Assembly: GCF_000372725.1 (NCBI RefSeq)
Contig: NW_005201202.1
Coordinates: 248,001-312,000 of the forward strand
Direction of reading: 5' to 3'
From: Emiliania huxleyi CCMP1516
Taxonomy: Eukaryota
Length of the DNA stretch: 64,000 nucleotides
Shown: positions 1-12,247 of the stretch, one piece after another
How the letters are laid out: every line of letters begins with the position of its first letter
Numbering within the stretch: the stretch's first letter is position 1
The notes under the pieces: generated by a model
What the model saw: the letters and a program-made list of their open reading frames with translations, nothing else
Database searches by the model: none
What the model was told of the DNA's origin: nothing
Made by a program: the position numbers and the translations under genes

Positions 1-153
1 CACGCACAATGACCTTAACAGCGGGGCCTACGTCTCTTCCGTCCTAGTAGCGATGAGCTCACTAGCTAGAGCTCACACTAGAGGCCATCATCGCATTCGC
101 CCTGGGACCCAGCGCTGACTTCTGACTGTCGTTGCGGTCTATCCCTTTCTCGA

Positions 154-545
154 TTGTCTGAGCTTGTGCGTCTTGCCTTGGGTCCGTGGTTGTGTTTTTG
201 TGTGAAGGTCGGCAGCCCGAGCGCCGTCGACCGCACCGACTACGGCACAGCCTCCGGCAGCGCCCGGGGCTTTGTCCAGCACCACTCGCAACAGCTCTCG
301 CGCGCCGCCGTCTGTGGCGACGCGCAAAACATCAACAACGCTGCTCGCAACATGCGTGTCGCGCACTCATTCATGACCGGTCTCAATGTCCCACCCCCCT
401 GCGCGCGGGCCTTCTAGGCCCGCGGGTAGTCTCACCCCATCCCCAGGGCCTCCAGGGCTCGCACCTCAACCTCTCACAGACCAGCGCACAGCGCCATAGG
501 ACGTATTTTCTTGTCAATAACAAGGCTGTGAATAGGACCTAGCGT
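154..545 (+). mobile_element. 3' remnant of a dispersed repeat, possibly a non-LTR (CRE/SLACS-like) retrotransposon end
   Basis: The peptide DRTDYG..ARGFVQHHSQQLSRAAVCGDA resembles the C-terminus of RLE-type LINE ORFs (recalled similarity). Bases ~382-531 recur inverted at ~26819-26984, and the terminal motif CACAGCCTTGTTATTGAGAAG recurs at ~47700. Confidence 0.45.
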
Positions 546-592
546 CCATTGCTGCGCTGCAGACGGCAGCACCACACCTCCACCTTTGCCTA

Positions 593-1651
593 ATGAAACG
601 AGGGACGGCCCCTCTCCTCCTGCTGCTGCTATCTCAGAGCTTTGAGAGCTCCGCTGCGTTCAACGCCTCTTTCCACGCTGTGCCGCTCGTCGACCTGGCC
701 GGGAGCTTCGACTCGACCGCGAGCACCGTGCGCACCGCGCTCAGCACGTACGGCTTCTTCTACATCACGAATCACGGCGTCCCGCAGGAGCTCATTGACC
801 GGCAGTTTGAGCAGTCGCGGCTGCTTTTTGAGCAGCCCGCGGCCGTCAAGGCGGCCATGCCGTTCAACGGGACGCTCGACATCGGGTACCTCGGGTCGGG
901 TGGCCAGGCGTTGGACGCGGAGGGCCGCGCGCGAGACACCAAGGAGGGGTTCATGCTGACCAATAACGGCGTCTTCGACCCGAGCTTTGTCCTCTCCGCC
1001 GACGACCCGCTCGCCGGGGCGACGCTCCACTGGCCTCCGGAAGATGCGCTGCCCAAGTACGAGGGGGTGCTGCGTGCGTACACCGCCGCTCTGAGCCGGC
1101 TGAACCGCCGTCTCAATCAGTTCCTCTTCGCTGCGGTCGGCCTCGGCGAGGCCGAGCGGCTCGAGCTGGCGCGCCAGCCGTTCCACGTGACCAAGCAGCT
1201 CAGATACGTGCCTGCCGAGGGCTTTGTCGACGTGGACGCCGGCTCGCTGGGCGCCGGCGCGCACGCGGACTGGGGCAGCCTGACCATCCTCGCGACGGAC
1301 GGCCAGCCGGGGCTCGAGGTGGAGCACTCGGAGGCAGGCTGGCTGCCGGTGCCGCCTCGCGACGGCTGCCTCATCGTCAACGCCGGCGACCAGGTCAAGC
1401 ACTGGACGAACGGCGAGCTCAAGTCGGCGAACCACCGCGTCGTCGTCAAGTCGGCCCGCCCGCGCTTTTCCACCGCCTTCTTCGCCTACTTTGACCTGTG
1501 GGCAAGGCTGGAGGCGCTGCCGCAGTTTGTCTCGAGCGCGCGGCCGCCGATGCGGCCGCCCGAGACGACTCTGGAGTTTTTTCACTTCAAACTGGGCGAG
1601 TCGGTCGGCAACGCACGAGAGAGGGGCGGCGCGCTGAAGGAGGAGACGTGA
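593..1651 (+). CDS. 2-oxoglutarate/Fe(II)-dependent dioxygenase (IPNS/DIOX_N family) with N-terminal hydrophobic signal peptide
   Basis: Single 352-aa ORF with VPLVDL..GFFYITNHGV (DIOX_N), the HxD motif AHADWG, distal His in SANHRV and the RxS 2OG-binding motif RFS. N-terminus LLLLLLSQSFESSAA. Confidence 0.92.
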   Translation: MKRGTAPLLLLLLSQSFESSAAFNASFHAVPLVDLAGSFDSTASTVRTALSTYGFFYITNHGVPQELIDRQFEQSRLLFEQPAAVKAAMPFNGTLDIGYLGSGGQALDAEGRARDTKEGFMLTNNGVFDPSFVLSADDPLAGATLHWPPEDALPKYEGVLRAYTAALSRLNRRLNQFLFAAVGLGEAERLELARQPFHVTKQLRYVPAEGFVDVDAGSLGAGAHADWGSLTILATDGQPGLEVEHSEAGWLPVPPRDGCLIVNAGDQVKHWTNGELKSANHRVVVKSARPRFSTAFFAYFDLWARLEALPQFVSSARPPMRPPETTLEFFHFKLGESVGNARERGGALKEET

Positions 1652-2215
1652 CAAGGGGGAGGAGGACAACCCTTGTCTCGGAAACGGAGGGCGGGTGTAC
1701 ATCTTGAAATGCCAGGAAATGCCGTGTATGTATGTATGTACAATGTGAGACGGTTCGAGATGTGTTCGAGATTTGGGGCGGTCTTTGGGACCCATATGTT
1801 GCTACTGTTCATATGCAGGCACAGTTATTGTTATGGTGACCCATAAGGCATAACATGTTATGGGCTGCTATGAGAGAGCCGTCCCGGGTCCACGGTGTTA
1901 TGGCCCCGACGCCCGAGAGGATCTGAGTACTGAGAGGCCACCAGGCCACGCCAAACAGCTCGCCGCTGGAATGTTCGCTTCTTTTATATTTGAAACACAC
2001 ACAGAGAGAGACGCAACACACAGACAGAGACTCAGAGAGTACGTACAACAACAACAGCTTGGAGAGAGATTTTTATTAACCAAAATACGGCGTATTCCAT
2101 GGAATACGTGGAATACGGGTGGAATACCCCACAAGGTATTCAGAGAGGAGGGTGACGTGACGGAGCGGAGTCAGATCATATTGACCGAACGAGAGACACA
2201 GCGGAACCCAGTTTG

Positions 2216-3079
2216 ATGCCGTCGAGAGCGCTGCGGCGCAGACTCGCACGCTACGTGCATGGCAGCACGGCGCCAGTGGAGGTGCGCGCTCTGCCCGAGC
2301 GCGGCCGAGGAGTCATCGCAACAGCGGGCGCCGCGGCTGGTGCGACCGTGCACGCTGCCACGCCGATGAGCCAGGTGCTGAAGCACCAGCCAGCAGACGG
2401 GCCGCCGCTCTGCCGCGAGTGCTTCAGACCGCTTCCCAGTGGCGCTGACCTATGCTGCAGCGCGTGCGAGGCCTCTTTCGAGGCACGCGGCGGTTCGCTG
2501 CTGGCGCGCGTCGACCTGAGCGCGATGATGGCACTGACCGAGGGACGGAACTTCCCGCTGCACGTCGCATCGCTCCTCGCCGGCCTTCTCGCAGAGGTGA
2601 GGGCGTGCGGCGGGCTGCCGCAGGTCTGGGCGCCACTGGACCTGTGCTTTGCAGAGCTGGAGCCGGAGTCTCACCCGCAGACGGACGCGGAGCACGCCGC
2701 ACTCGCGTCGGCCTTTGTCGCCGCGGGCGTGACCAACCAGCAGACGCTCGAGCTGCTGCTGCCGCTCTCGCGCTACCGCCGGCTGCTCGGCGCCGCGCAG
2801 CTCAACGCGTTCGAGCTCCGCCTCTCGCACGGCGCGGTGGTGTCTGCGCTGCTGCCCGGGGTCGCGTCCTGCTTCAACCACAGCTGCGAGCCCAACGTGC
2901 TCATCTCGTGCGGCGAGAGCACGCACGTCGCCTTTGTCGCGGGCGGCGAGGTGTGCGCTGGAGCCGAGCTGCTCATCAACTACGTCGACTACGACTCCTC
3001 CAGAGAGGATCGGAGGCACCTGCTGCGACACAAGTATGGCTTCGACTGTAATTGTGTTAGATGCGCGAGTGGTCTGTGA
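2216..3079 (+). CDS. SET-domain (SMYD-like) protein lysine methyltransferase
   Basis: RGRGVIA (SET-N), CRECFR..CCSAC (degenerate MYND), FNHSCEPN, ELLINY and post-SET FDCNCVRC. Confidence 0.88.
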   Translation: MPSRALRRRLARYVHGSTAPVEVRALPERGRGVIATAGAAAGATVHAATPMSQVLKHQPADGPPLCRECFRPLPSGADLCCSACEASFEARGGSLLARVDLSAMMALTEGRNFPLHVASLLAGLLAEVRACGGLPQVWAPLDLCFAELEPESHPQTDAEHAALASAFVAAGVTNQQTLELLLPLSRYRRLLGAAQLNAFELRLSHGAVVSALLPGVASCFNHSCEPNVLISCGESTHVAFVAGGEVCAGAELLINYVDYDSSREDRRHLLRHKYGFDCNCVRCASGL

Positions 3080-3521
3080 TTGTGGTCGCGTCGAAGCTCG
3101 AGCGTGCTGCGCGACCCGACGTGTAGCACGTTTGTCAATGGCTCGCGACCCCACACACGCCACACCCACAGAGCAGCCGCCCGGCCGGGGCCGCTCCGTG
3201 TCTTACCCGCGCGCGCGAGGCGCGAGCGCCGTGTCGTTCGGGTGTGTGGTCTCGCGAGGGTGGTGCGCAGCTGGCACGTACGCCCCATGTGCCATGACCC
3301 CACACAGTCCAGAACAGAACGCAAGAAACAGCGGAAACCTTACACAAGCGGAACCAAAGCCGCGAGACGTAGATAGTACGAGACTCTCACCCCATCGGAA
3401 AACGGTCTGTCGCAAAGGCCAAAGCCATGCGCGAACCAGTTCCCCCCACCACCGTACCATCCCCACTAGTACCACAACCGCGACAAGCACAACACGAACG
3501 TGGAAGCCCCCCCCCCCCCCC

Positions 3522-4113
3522 NNNNNNNNNNNNNNNNNNNNNNNNNNNNNNNNNNNNNNNNNNNNNNNNNNNNNNNNNNNNNNNNNNNNNNNNNNNNNNN
3601 NNNNNNNNNNNNNNNNNNNNNNNNNNNNNNNNNNNNNNNNNNNNNNNNNNNNNNNNNNNNNNNNNNNNNNNNNNNNNNNNNNNNNNNNNNNNNNNNNNNN
3701 NNNNNNNNNNNNNNNNNNNNNNNNNNNNNNNNNNNNNNNNNNNNNNNNNNNNNNNNNNNNNNNNNNNNNNNNNNNNNNNNNNNNNNNNNNNNNNNNNNNN
3801 NNNNNNNNNNNNNNNNNNNNNNNNNNNNNNNNNNNNNNNNNNNNNNNNNNNNNNNNNNNNNNNNNNNNNNNNNNNNNNNNNNNNNNNNNNNNNNNNNNNN
3901 NNNNNNNNNNNNNNNNNNNNNNNNNNNNNNNNNNNNNNNNNNNNNNNNNNNNNNNNNNNNNNNNNNNNNNNNNNNNNNNNNNNNNNNNNNNNNNNNNNNN
4001 NNNNNNNNNNNNNNNNNNNNNNNNNNNNNNNNNNNNNNNNNNNNNNNNNNNNNNNNNNNNNNNNNNNNNNNNNNNNNNNNNNNNNNNNNNNNNNNNNNNN
4101 NNNNNNNNNNNNN
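3522..4113. other. assembly gap (N run)
   Basis: Continuous run of N; ORFs crossing it are artefacts. Confidence 1.
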
Positions 4114-4937
4114 TGCATGTGCCCGCTGCGCCGGCGGGGAGGCTTGTAATTGTATAGCCACCTCGATGGCTGCCCGACGTCGCCTCCGAGCTGGTGCAGC
4201 GCGCACTTGCACCGCGGCGAGAGCTTCTCGAGGCTCGCGACGAGGCAGGCCATCAGACCCTCAGACCCGACCTCCCGCGGGCAGAGCGCGGCAGACTCCG
4301 CGCGGCACGGGTGCGAAGAGCCCTCCTCTGACTCCTCGGCAACGTCGCGCGCGGCGGCGGCGTGCGGCATCATGGCGTCCGGGGCGAGGAAGATGTTCAT
4401 CGCCTGCGCCGCCATCGACTCGAACAGTGCCCCCTCCTCGAAGGGGGAGAAGCGCCCCCCCTCGCGGTCAAGCGGGGAGGCGGCCGGCTCGGCGTAGCTG
4501 CCGTACGAGTAGTCGAAGTAGCTCGAGTAGTCAAAGTACGAGCCGTCGCTCTCGCCGCCGAAGACGCCGTTGAGCAGGCCGGCCGCGCTGAAAAGCGAGG
4601 AGTACTCCTTCTTGCTCAAAAGCCAGCGCGCCGCGTCGTCCTCACTCTCCTCGGTCTCGACGGTGAGGGAGAAGGAGGAGGACGGGCGCGCGTCCGCCCC
4701 AAGTGAGCGCTCGCACTCCTCCGAGAGCGCCACGTTCGACTCCCTCACGGCGGCGCGGAAGCACTCGAAGCCGTCACAGCCGACCGCCCTCATTGCCGGC
4801 GCGCAAGGGTGCTCGAGCGCGCGGCTCGCGCCCATCTGCAGGTCGAGCTGGTCGAGCATTGATTTGATGGCATCGAGGGGGGTGGCGATGCCGGGCGAGA
4901 TCTCCACTTGCGCGGCGAGCAGGGGCCCGAGGATCAT
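4114..4937 (-). CDS. hypothetical protein with GLG1-like cysteine-rich repeat(s); 3' end probably lost in the gap
   Basis: HPCRAESAALCPREVGSEGLMACLVASLEKLSPRCK fits the C-x-C...CL...LS-x-x-C spacing of Cys-rich GLG1 repeats. A second related unit is HPCAPAMRAVGC..ECF..LSEECE. Codon usage is coding-like. Confidence 0.5.
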
Positions 4938-5120
4938 TTTTGGACCGGCGGTCAGTTCTTAGGCCGGGGGAGGATGGACGAGACCGCCGTGACCGGCAAT
5001 TGTCTGAGTTTCTTTTCCCTTAAATTTTTCCCTAAAAAGAAAAGGGAAAAGTTAGCGAAACCTCATCTCCGCGGGGAGAAGAGGCAGTGAAGGGCCACAG
5101 AGCCTGACAGAGCCGACGCA

Positions 5121-7130
5121 ATGCGCCTCACGCCTCCGCCGAGCACCTTCGCCGGGGCTGCCGCTCGCTCCCTCTCGGCCGCCGCGCTCGCCGCCCTGCT
5201 GTCTGTGAGCTCAATAACGCCGTCCGTGCCGCCCGCCTTTGGGCCGGCGGCCGCGCAGGCGAAGGAGCTCGCGTCGGGCTCCGGCTCGCGCGTCAACAAG
5301 GACCCGATCTCGCTGCTGCGCCTGGCGCTTCCCAGAGTAAGCAAGGAGGCGCGCGAGCTGCAGGCCGGGCTGGAGGAGTGCCAGGACAACCTCGCCCGGC
5401 TCAACGGCCAGGTCGCATCGTCAGCGCTGCAAAAGGCAAAGGTGGCAGCCGGCAAGAGCGGTGCGATGCTCAAGTCGGTGCCGCCCGCCAAGGCGGCGGA
5501 GGCGCAGGCGGCGCTCGACACCATCAACGCCGCGATGGACGAGGTCGGCGCCAAGATCGCCGCCAGCAGGCAGGGCGAGGCGCTCGCGGCGACCGAGCGG
5601 GCGCTCGGCGCGGTGACGCAGCTGCAGGAGGCGATGGCGTCGGGGTACGCGCAGCCGAGCCCGCCCAAGGAGTTTGCGTCGCTGCCCTACCTCAAGGGCC
5701 GCGCCACCGTCGACCTCGTCCTCCAGCCGGGCAAGCGGCGCCGCCCCGCGCGGCGCCGCCCGTCCTTCCGTGATGTGTGTGATGTGTGAGATGATGCGGA
5801 GTATAGGCAAGGAGCACGGACAGTTTGACGTCGAGGGGAAGCTGTACAAGCAGCTCGAGGTCAAGATGGTGGTGGACGGGTACACCTCCCCGATCACGGC
5901 GGGCAACTTCGTCGACCTCGTGCGGCGCGGCTTCTACAACGGGATGCACATCCAGCGCTCGGACGGCTTTGTCGTGCAGACGGGCGAGCCACATAGCCGA
6001 GATCATCGCCGAGGTCATGGCCGATATCATAGCCGCGATATGGAAACTGTGAAAGAGATCATAGCAGAGATCATCGCGGTTATATAGCAAAGGTGAACGA
6101 GATCGTAGCAGAGACTAGCCAAGATCATAGGATGTGAGCAGAGAGATGGCAGAGATCATAGCAGAGAGTTATATAGAAAAGGTGAACGAGATCGTAGCAG
6201 AGACTAGCCAAGATCATAGGATGTGCATAGCAGAGAGATGGCAGAGATGGCAGAGAGATAGCACGATAGCTGCGCGTCGACGGCTGAGGCGACGCCGAAT
6301 TTGCGCGCTCGACGCGTCACATCCACCCACGCGTCCACGACACATCCACCCACACGTCCACCCACACGTCCACGACACGTCCACCCACACGTCCACCCAC
6401 ACGTCCAAACGACACATCCACCCACACGTCCAAACGACACGTCCACCCACACGTCCACCCACACGTCCACCCACACGTCCACCCACACGTCCAACGACCC
6501 ACGGCACGTCCGCGACATGCCCGCAGGCGACCCGTCGAACGAGCTCGAGGGGTCGGGGGCGGACGCGAAGAAGAACGGGTATGTCGAGGGCGGCAAGGTG
6601 CGCAAGATCCCGCTCGAGGTGATGGTGCGCGGCGACAAGGACCCGATCTACTCGGCCACGTTTGACGACGACGGGCGGGGAGGCTACGCGGCGGCGATGC
6701 CCTTCAACTCGTACGGCGCCCTCGGGATGGCGCGCGACATGCGCACTGCCGGTCCCACGTGCACACTGGCGCTCTCTCGCTGCCGAGGGGCGCTCGCTCG
6801 TTCTCGTGGGACGCTGAGATGTGCCTGGGCCCGCCGCCTCGCCGCTGTGTGCGGAGCCGCCGCCCCTCTGCCTCCCCTCAGGCGCGGGAAGAGTACGACC
6901 CCGACTCGGCGTCGTCGCAGTGGTTCTGGCTCCTCTTCGACTCCGACCTCACCCCCGCCGGCAAGAACCTGCTCGACGGCCGCTACGCCTGCTTCGGCTA
7001 CACGGTCGACGGCGCGCGGCTCCTGTCAGACGTCAAGGAGGGCGACATCATCGCGTCGGCGAAGGTGAGCTCGGGCGAGAGCAACCTCGTGCTCCCCACC
7101 GCGCCCGCGCTGGCGGTCGCCGCCGAGTAG
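5121..7130 (+). CDS. CYP38: chloroplast thylakoid-lumen cyclophilin-type peptidyl-prolyl isomerase (CYP38/TLP40), 4 exons
   Basis: Motifs [81 protein letters not shown] and [10 protein letters not shown]. Frame-restoring GC-AG introns at 5731-5806, 5984-6526 and 6730-6881. Targeting peptide ends in AAAQA. Confidence 0.88.
5995..6500. repeat. intronic minisatellites: (AGAGATCATAGC)-like array with an internal duplication, then a (CCACCCACACGT)n array
   Basis: Tandem units visible inside CYP38 intron 2. Confidence 0.85.
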
Positions 7131-8299
7131 TAGCGCGCACGCCTCTGGACGGGCGCGGGAGGGGAGAGGGGCACGCGTCGCGCATTGCGCTGCGCCGTGC
7201 CGTCGGAGGCTGCATGTCTACCGTGTTGCGTTAGGGCATCGCTGGCGCACCACACCCACACTCACGCGCGACCACTGCGGAGGTGCGCCCGTCGGGCGTG
7301 TGCCTCTCAGCTCTCTAGCTCTCTCTTTCCCGCTGCAATCTCTTGCGCGAGCTCTTAGCGTGGGTCGCGTTTGTCGAGGGGGTCAGCGAGGGTCTCGCCA
7401 TGTGGATGCCATGGCGCGCGCTGTGTCGTGTGTGTTAAGCCTTCTATTTCCTGTAGAGAGCGAGAGTCATGATGTTGATGATATGCATACACGCGACATG
7501 GCTAGTTCCAATTCACTATTCAGTATTCACTCTGACAGCTGAGACGTGAGAGCTTGACGGATGACGCACGCTAATAGAGTATGGTAGGGGGAAATACTGA
7601 AAAATGGGACCCCCCGGACGGACCTTGCTTTCATGCCGAGCGTGAAGAGCTGAGTCTCAGCTTTCAGACCCTGCAAAAATCATTGAAAAATATTAAGATG
7701 GTCCAGAATGGTGACCGAAAGACTCCGGCGCCGCAGCGCTCCCGCTTGCTTTCCTCGCAAATGCGACAAGTGAGGCTGCTGAAAGGGAAAAGAATGATGG
7801 TGTCGAAAGAAAAACCGCAGAGCAAGACCGCAAATGCTGCCGCTCCTGGTGAGCGCCAGCCCGCGCCGCGTGCAGGGCGTGTCCGGGGCGCCCTCCCCCC
7901 GAGTTCCCCCGCAAAATCCGGCCCGCGGTCGCGCGCGCGCTCCCGTCTCGCTGCTTTGGAGGAGTCTGCAGCCCCGGGCGCGCCCGCACGGCGATTGCCG
8001 CCTCCACTCCAACCTCATCCACTCTCACTCTGACATTCTCTCCAGAGTCCTCGCGTCGAGCCCGTGGCGCCGGAGCGCGAGCCCCAAGCTCGGGACACAG
8101 CGGGACATTGACGATCTGCGATGCTCTGTGCGTGCAGGTGATCACGATGAGCACGGCGCCGGCGGTGGCACCCTTCCTGGTGCTCCAGGCGCGCTGCGCC
8201 CGCGCGTTTGCGACGCCCGTGTGTGCCCCTGCGCGCGCCCCGCTCGCCGCGCCGCCGCCGGGCCCGTGGGGGTCTCAGGTTTGCGCGTGTGTGCCGCAG

Positions 8300-9624
8300 A
8301 TGTCACGACCGAGCAGCTGCAGCAGATCCTCCAGAGCGTGCAGGCCGAGCTTGAGCGGCGCGCGGCGCTGCAGCGCGGGGCGCCCGAATCGAAGCGGTGC
8401 GTGCCCGCCCTCGCCGTGGCCGCGCTCGCCCCGCCTTGGCGAGCTCTTGCCCCTCGCGCGCGCCGCAGGAACTCGATCTTGTGCGCCTCGGGCAAGGCGT
8501 TGCCCAGCGAGGCGGAGGTGCACGCATGGGCGCTGCTCGTGCTGCTACATGGCCGCGGCGCGGACGGCTCGTGGGTCGCCGTCCCGACGCTCGTCGACCA
8601 GTGGATGAACGTCGTGCTGCTGCAGTCGAGTCGCTACAAGCAGGCGCCCGCCCTGCTCTCCCACCGCCCCCCGAGCCGCCGCCGCGGCTGCTACACCTCG
8701 GCTATATCTCGGCTATATCTCGGCTATATCTCGGCTCTATCTCGGCCTTGCTGCCTGAGCCGTGTGTGCGTGTTGTGCGCAGTTGCGCGAGAAGATGACC
8801 AACAACTTCATCGAGGGCATCTACTTCTTTGACATGTACCGCTCAGCGGCCTGCCTCAAGACGCCCGGCGCGGTCACCAAGGCGCTCAAGGCGCTGTCGA
8901 GCGAGGTGAAGAAGGTGGAGCTGCTCAAGGAGCAGATCCGCATCCGCGTCATCGGCCTCGGCTTCTCCGACCTGCACACGCCGTGGAGCGAGGGCGGCAA
9001 GGCGCACGGCTCGGCGCACCTGCTCGCGCGCCTCAAGACGATCCTCGCCGCCGAGAAGACGCGCCCCATCCCGACCAAGCCGCCGGCGCCGGTGCTCAAG
9101 CGCAAGGCGGTGAAGCAGCTTGGCACGGCGACGAGCGGCCTCGAGGCGCTCGACGCGAAGGAGGCCGACTCGCTCGACGAGTTCGAGGCGGCCGCGCGTG
9201 CGGAGAAGGCGCGGCGCGAGGCGGAGGGCGTGGGCGACAAGCACCAGACGCGGCAGCCGCGCGTGGTGCCGGTGGTGAAGGCGGGCGACCGACTCGAGCA
9301 GCTGTGCCACTACGCGGTGGGCGAGGGCGAGGAGGAGGGTGAGAGCGCGGGGTGGATGTGGTGCTCTTGCACCGTGCTGTCCGTCACCCAGGTGCCCAAG
9401 GGCCCGCGGAGCTTCTACAAGGACGGCGAGGCGGCGAGCGTGAGGTGGGACGCCAACGACCGCGTCTCGCCGGCCGAGCCCGAGTCGGACGGCTTGATCG
9501 AGCTCAAGAAGGGCAAGTTCAACGCGGACTGCGATGGCGCGTGGCGGCTGGACCTGGATGCGCCGCCGCCGGCGGCGGCGGCGGAGGACGAGGAGATGGA
9601 GGTGGAGGTGGAGGTGGAGGCGGA

Positions 9625-9657
<33 letters not shown>

Positions 9658-9784
9658 GAGGCAGCGCGGGGCGCCGAAGAAGCGCGGGGCGCCGAAGAAG
9701 CGCGGGGCAACCGCAGCAGGCGTGGCGGCTGATGAGGCGGCGCCACAGGCGCGCGAGGCGCGCCCACGGCGCAATGCACGTTGA
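8300..9784 (+). CDS. hypothetical multi-exon protein, possibly transposon-derived; C-terminal Tudor/SH3-like beta region and basic NLS-like tail
   Basis: Long coding-like exon ~8783-9784 (LLKEQIRIRVIGLGFSDLHTPWS..; WMWCSCTV..VRWDA..WRLDL; PKKRG x2). Upstream exon structure is uncertain. The intron contains (CTCGGCTATAT)n at ~8697-8745. Confidence 0.45.
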
Positions 9785-11595
9785 CTCTGCGGCACACACA
9801 TGCAGTGGACAGCGAACACATAGGGTGATGCGATACGGCGGTAGATGGCCGAGGATGCAGACGGACCGTGGTATGTGTGTTGTGTACTTTATATGCTCAT
9901 ATTCCGCGTTACCACAAAACGGAGGGGCGATATGATCCGCTAAAGCAGCAGGCACACACACGCCAAGCGCGTGAGTTGTCGCTCGGGTTGCCTTAACTAG
10001 ATAAGATTCCCATATTCATTAATAGCGGCTAGTTTGTCACATCACGTGGATCGATGACCCGGAATATGCCGCAAGACACGGCGCTTTCAATAAGCAACTC
10101 ATTATCTTGGACGCATCCCTCGACGCGAAGAGCCATGCAGTCACCCGAATTGCTTGGGCCTCTCCTGCAAGTAGAACGAAACATTCTTGGAGCTTCCCCA
10201 GCCGCTTGTGGCCGCATCTCATCCGTGGCGACGCGCTGTTCCACCGAGCCGTACTCGGCCGCGCCGCCGCGTCGAGGCACGGGTCCCCAACCAAGCAGCG
10301 ACGCCGAAGCGTCGACCGATAGAGCGCCACGCCCAGCAGTATGGGCGTCGACCGCTCTCTCGAGCGGCCGCGTGGCAGTGCGTGGCGCGGGCGTCACAGG
10401 CGGCAAGCGTGGAGCCGCTGGAAGAGCCGGTGCGAGCCGTGGACGGCAGCCGCTCCCCACGTCGCCGAGAGAGGCTGCGGGGGAGAGGGTCCAGGAGGCC
10501 ACAGGAGGCGCCGGGAGGCTCGGGAGGCGCTAAAACGTGGCCCGGGCGCCTCGTGCCACCCGTCTGGTGGGGCCAGGTGGGCTCAGGAATTAATCCAGGA
10601 TTTTAAGGTGATCCACTACACCTGACCGAGAATTGGATGGCGAGATCGCGGCGAGATCGACCAGTCGGCCCAGGTCGGCGCCATGCACTGGCGGGCTGCA
10701 CAGCGCGCTAGATTACGCGGAGGACGTGCGCTTACCACCGGGTGGGATTACCAGGCTCGCCTGGGCTCGCTGAGGGTCGATCGCGGCGCGACCCGTTTTC
10801 GGCTGTTTTCCTCGCGAATCTGGGGTGCGCGCCGGGAGCTGCAGCGCCAGCGTTTCGCGGACCTGTGCAGCCTCCGGGCACTGGGAACTTCTCCCAGGCT
10901 CGGGCAATGCGGACATGTGCCAGCGGGGGCGCGGAGGTGGTTTACATGCGGATGCGGCACGATCTTCGAGCCGAACCGACGATACAGGAGGCTCCAGAGG
11001 CGCCGTAATCGACAGTTGGCCGTCACCCAACTCCTCGCCCGCCGTGACTGTGGGTGTCTCCTGATTGCCCACGCTCGTGGCGGAGCTCGGGGTACCACTT
11101 TGGGCCACGGGACAAGCCCTGGGGAGTCACTGTAGCTCGCGCGGGGCTGAGAAGCCCCCATTCCCGCGAAAAATCGAGATTTGGCGAGATATAGGGGGCG
11201 GTTCTCATTATTTTCGGCGGCCCCAAAGCTACCCAATCACTCGCCCACCTCCCCCGAGCAGTCTAGTCCAAAAAAAACCGCGCCCCGATCAAGTTACGTT
11301 TTCAGTGTTTGCCCCTAAGTATGGCCGTCTTGGAAAACGCGTCCAATCCGCAAATCCCCCGGGGCGCCCGCGGTCCAAGCTCCAACTCGGAGCTCCGTGT
11401 TGCTCCCAGCGCCCTCCCCCGCGCTCCCTGCGGCCATGGCCGATGATCCTAGTATGCCTTCTTTTCTTTAAATTGCAGTTTGCTTTTTTTTCTTGCAGAT
11501 CACTACTTTACTATCCACCTGGCAGATATCAATCACTAGGACTACTCCCACACAATCCACCTTCCAGATCACCACTCACCACACAATCCCCGCCT

Positions 11596-11793
11596 TGCAT
11601 GTGCATGTGCATGTGCATGCCGCTTGTGCATGTCATGCACAACATGCGCATGCCATGCACAACATGCGCATGCACATGCACATGCACATGCACATGGCAC
11701 CCATGTGCGCATGTGCATGTGCATGTGTGTGCATGTCCATGTCCATGTCCATGTCCATGTCCATGTCCATGTCCATGTCCATGTGCATGTGCA
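11596..11793. repeat. (CATGTG)/(CATGTC)n hexamer microsatellite
   Basis: Visible tandem array. Confidence 0.95.
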
Positions 11794-12247
11794 TAGTGCG
11801 GGGGGGCCCGGCGCGTACGGGGTGGAGCGATGCCGTGTCTTTGAGTGGTGTCCTTTCTAAAAGGTAAGTCCACATCCCGTGCCGCACACCCGACACATGG
11901 GAGTCATGGGGTGTGTGGCGCGCTGGCGCCACCGTCGCACTACGCATGCGCGCTTGGGGGGGGGGGAAGGAAACCCGTGTTTTAGAGGGGGGTCCTTTTA
12001 AAAAGGGAAAGTTCCCATATCCGTGGCGGGCCCCCCGGAACAATGGGGATCCTTGGGGTTTTGGCCCCCTGGCCCCCCCTTTCCCCAAACAATTCCCCCT
12101 TTTTCCCGGGGGGGGGGGGGGGCGGACCCCGCTGACGCCGCCCTCTCTGCGCGTACCACACTGCGCGCCGTGGCGACCCTCCCGCTCTTTCAGGTGCGGC
12201 GGCGTGTTTTTTTTTGAGAAGTGGAAGACGCAGGCACTCGCTGGTCA

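Noticed and set aside
2934..4573. ORFs spanning 3522-4113
   Set aside because: Artefacts of reading through the N gap.
11950..12220. Homopolymer-rich G/C/T/A stretch as a functional structure
   Set aside because: Looks like low-quality sequence; no interpretable pattern.
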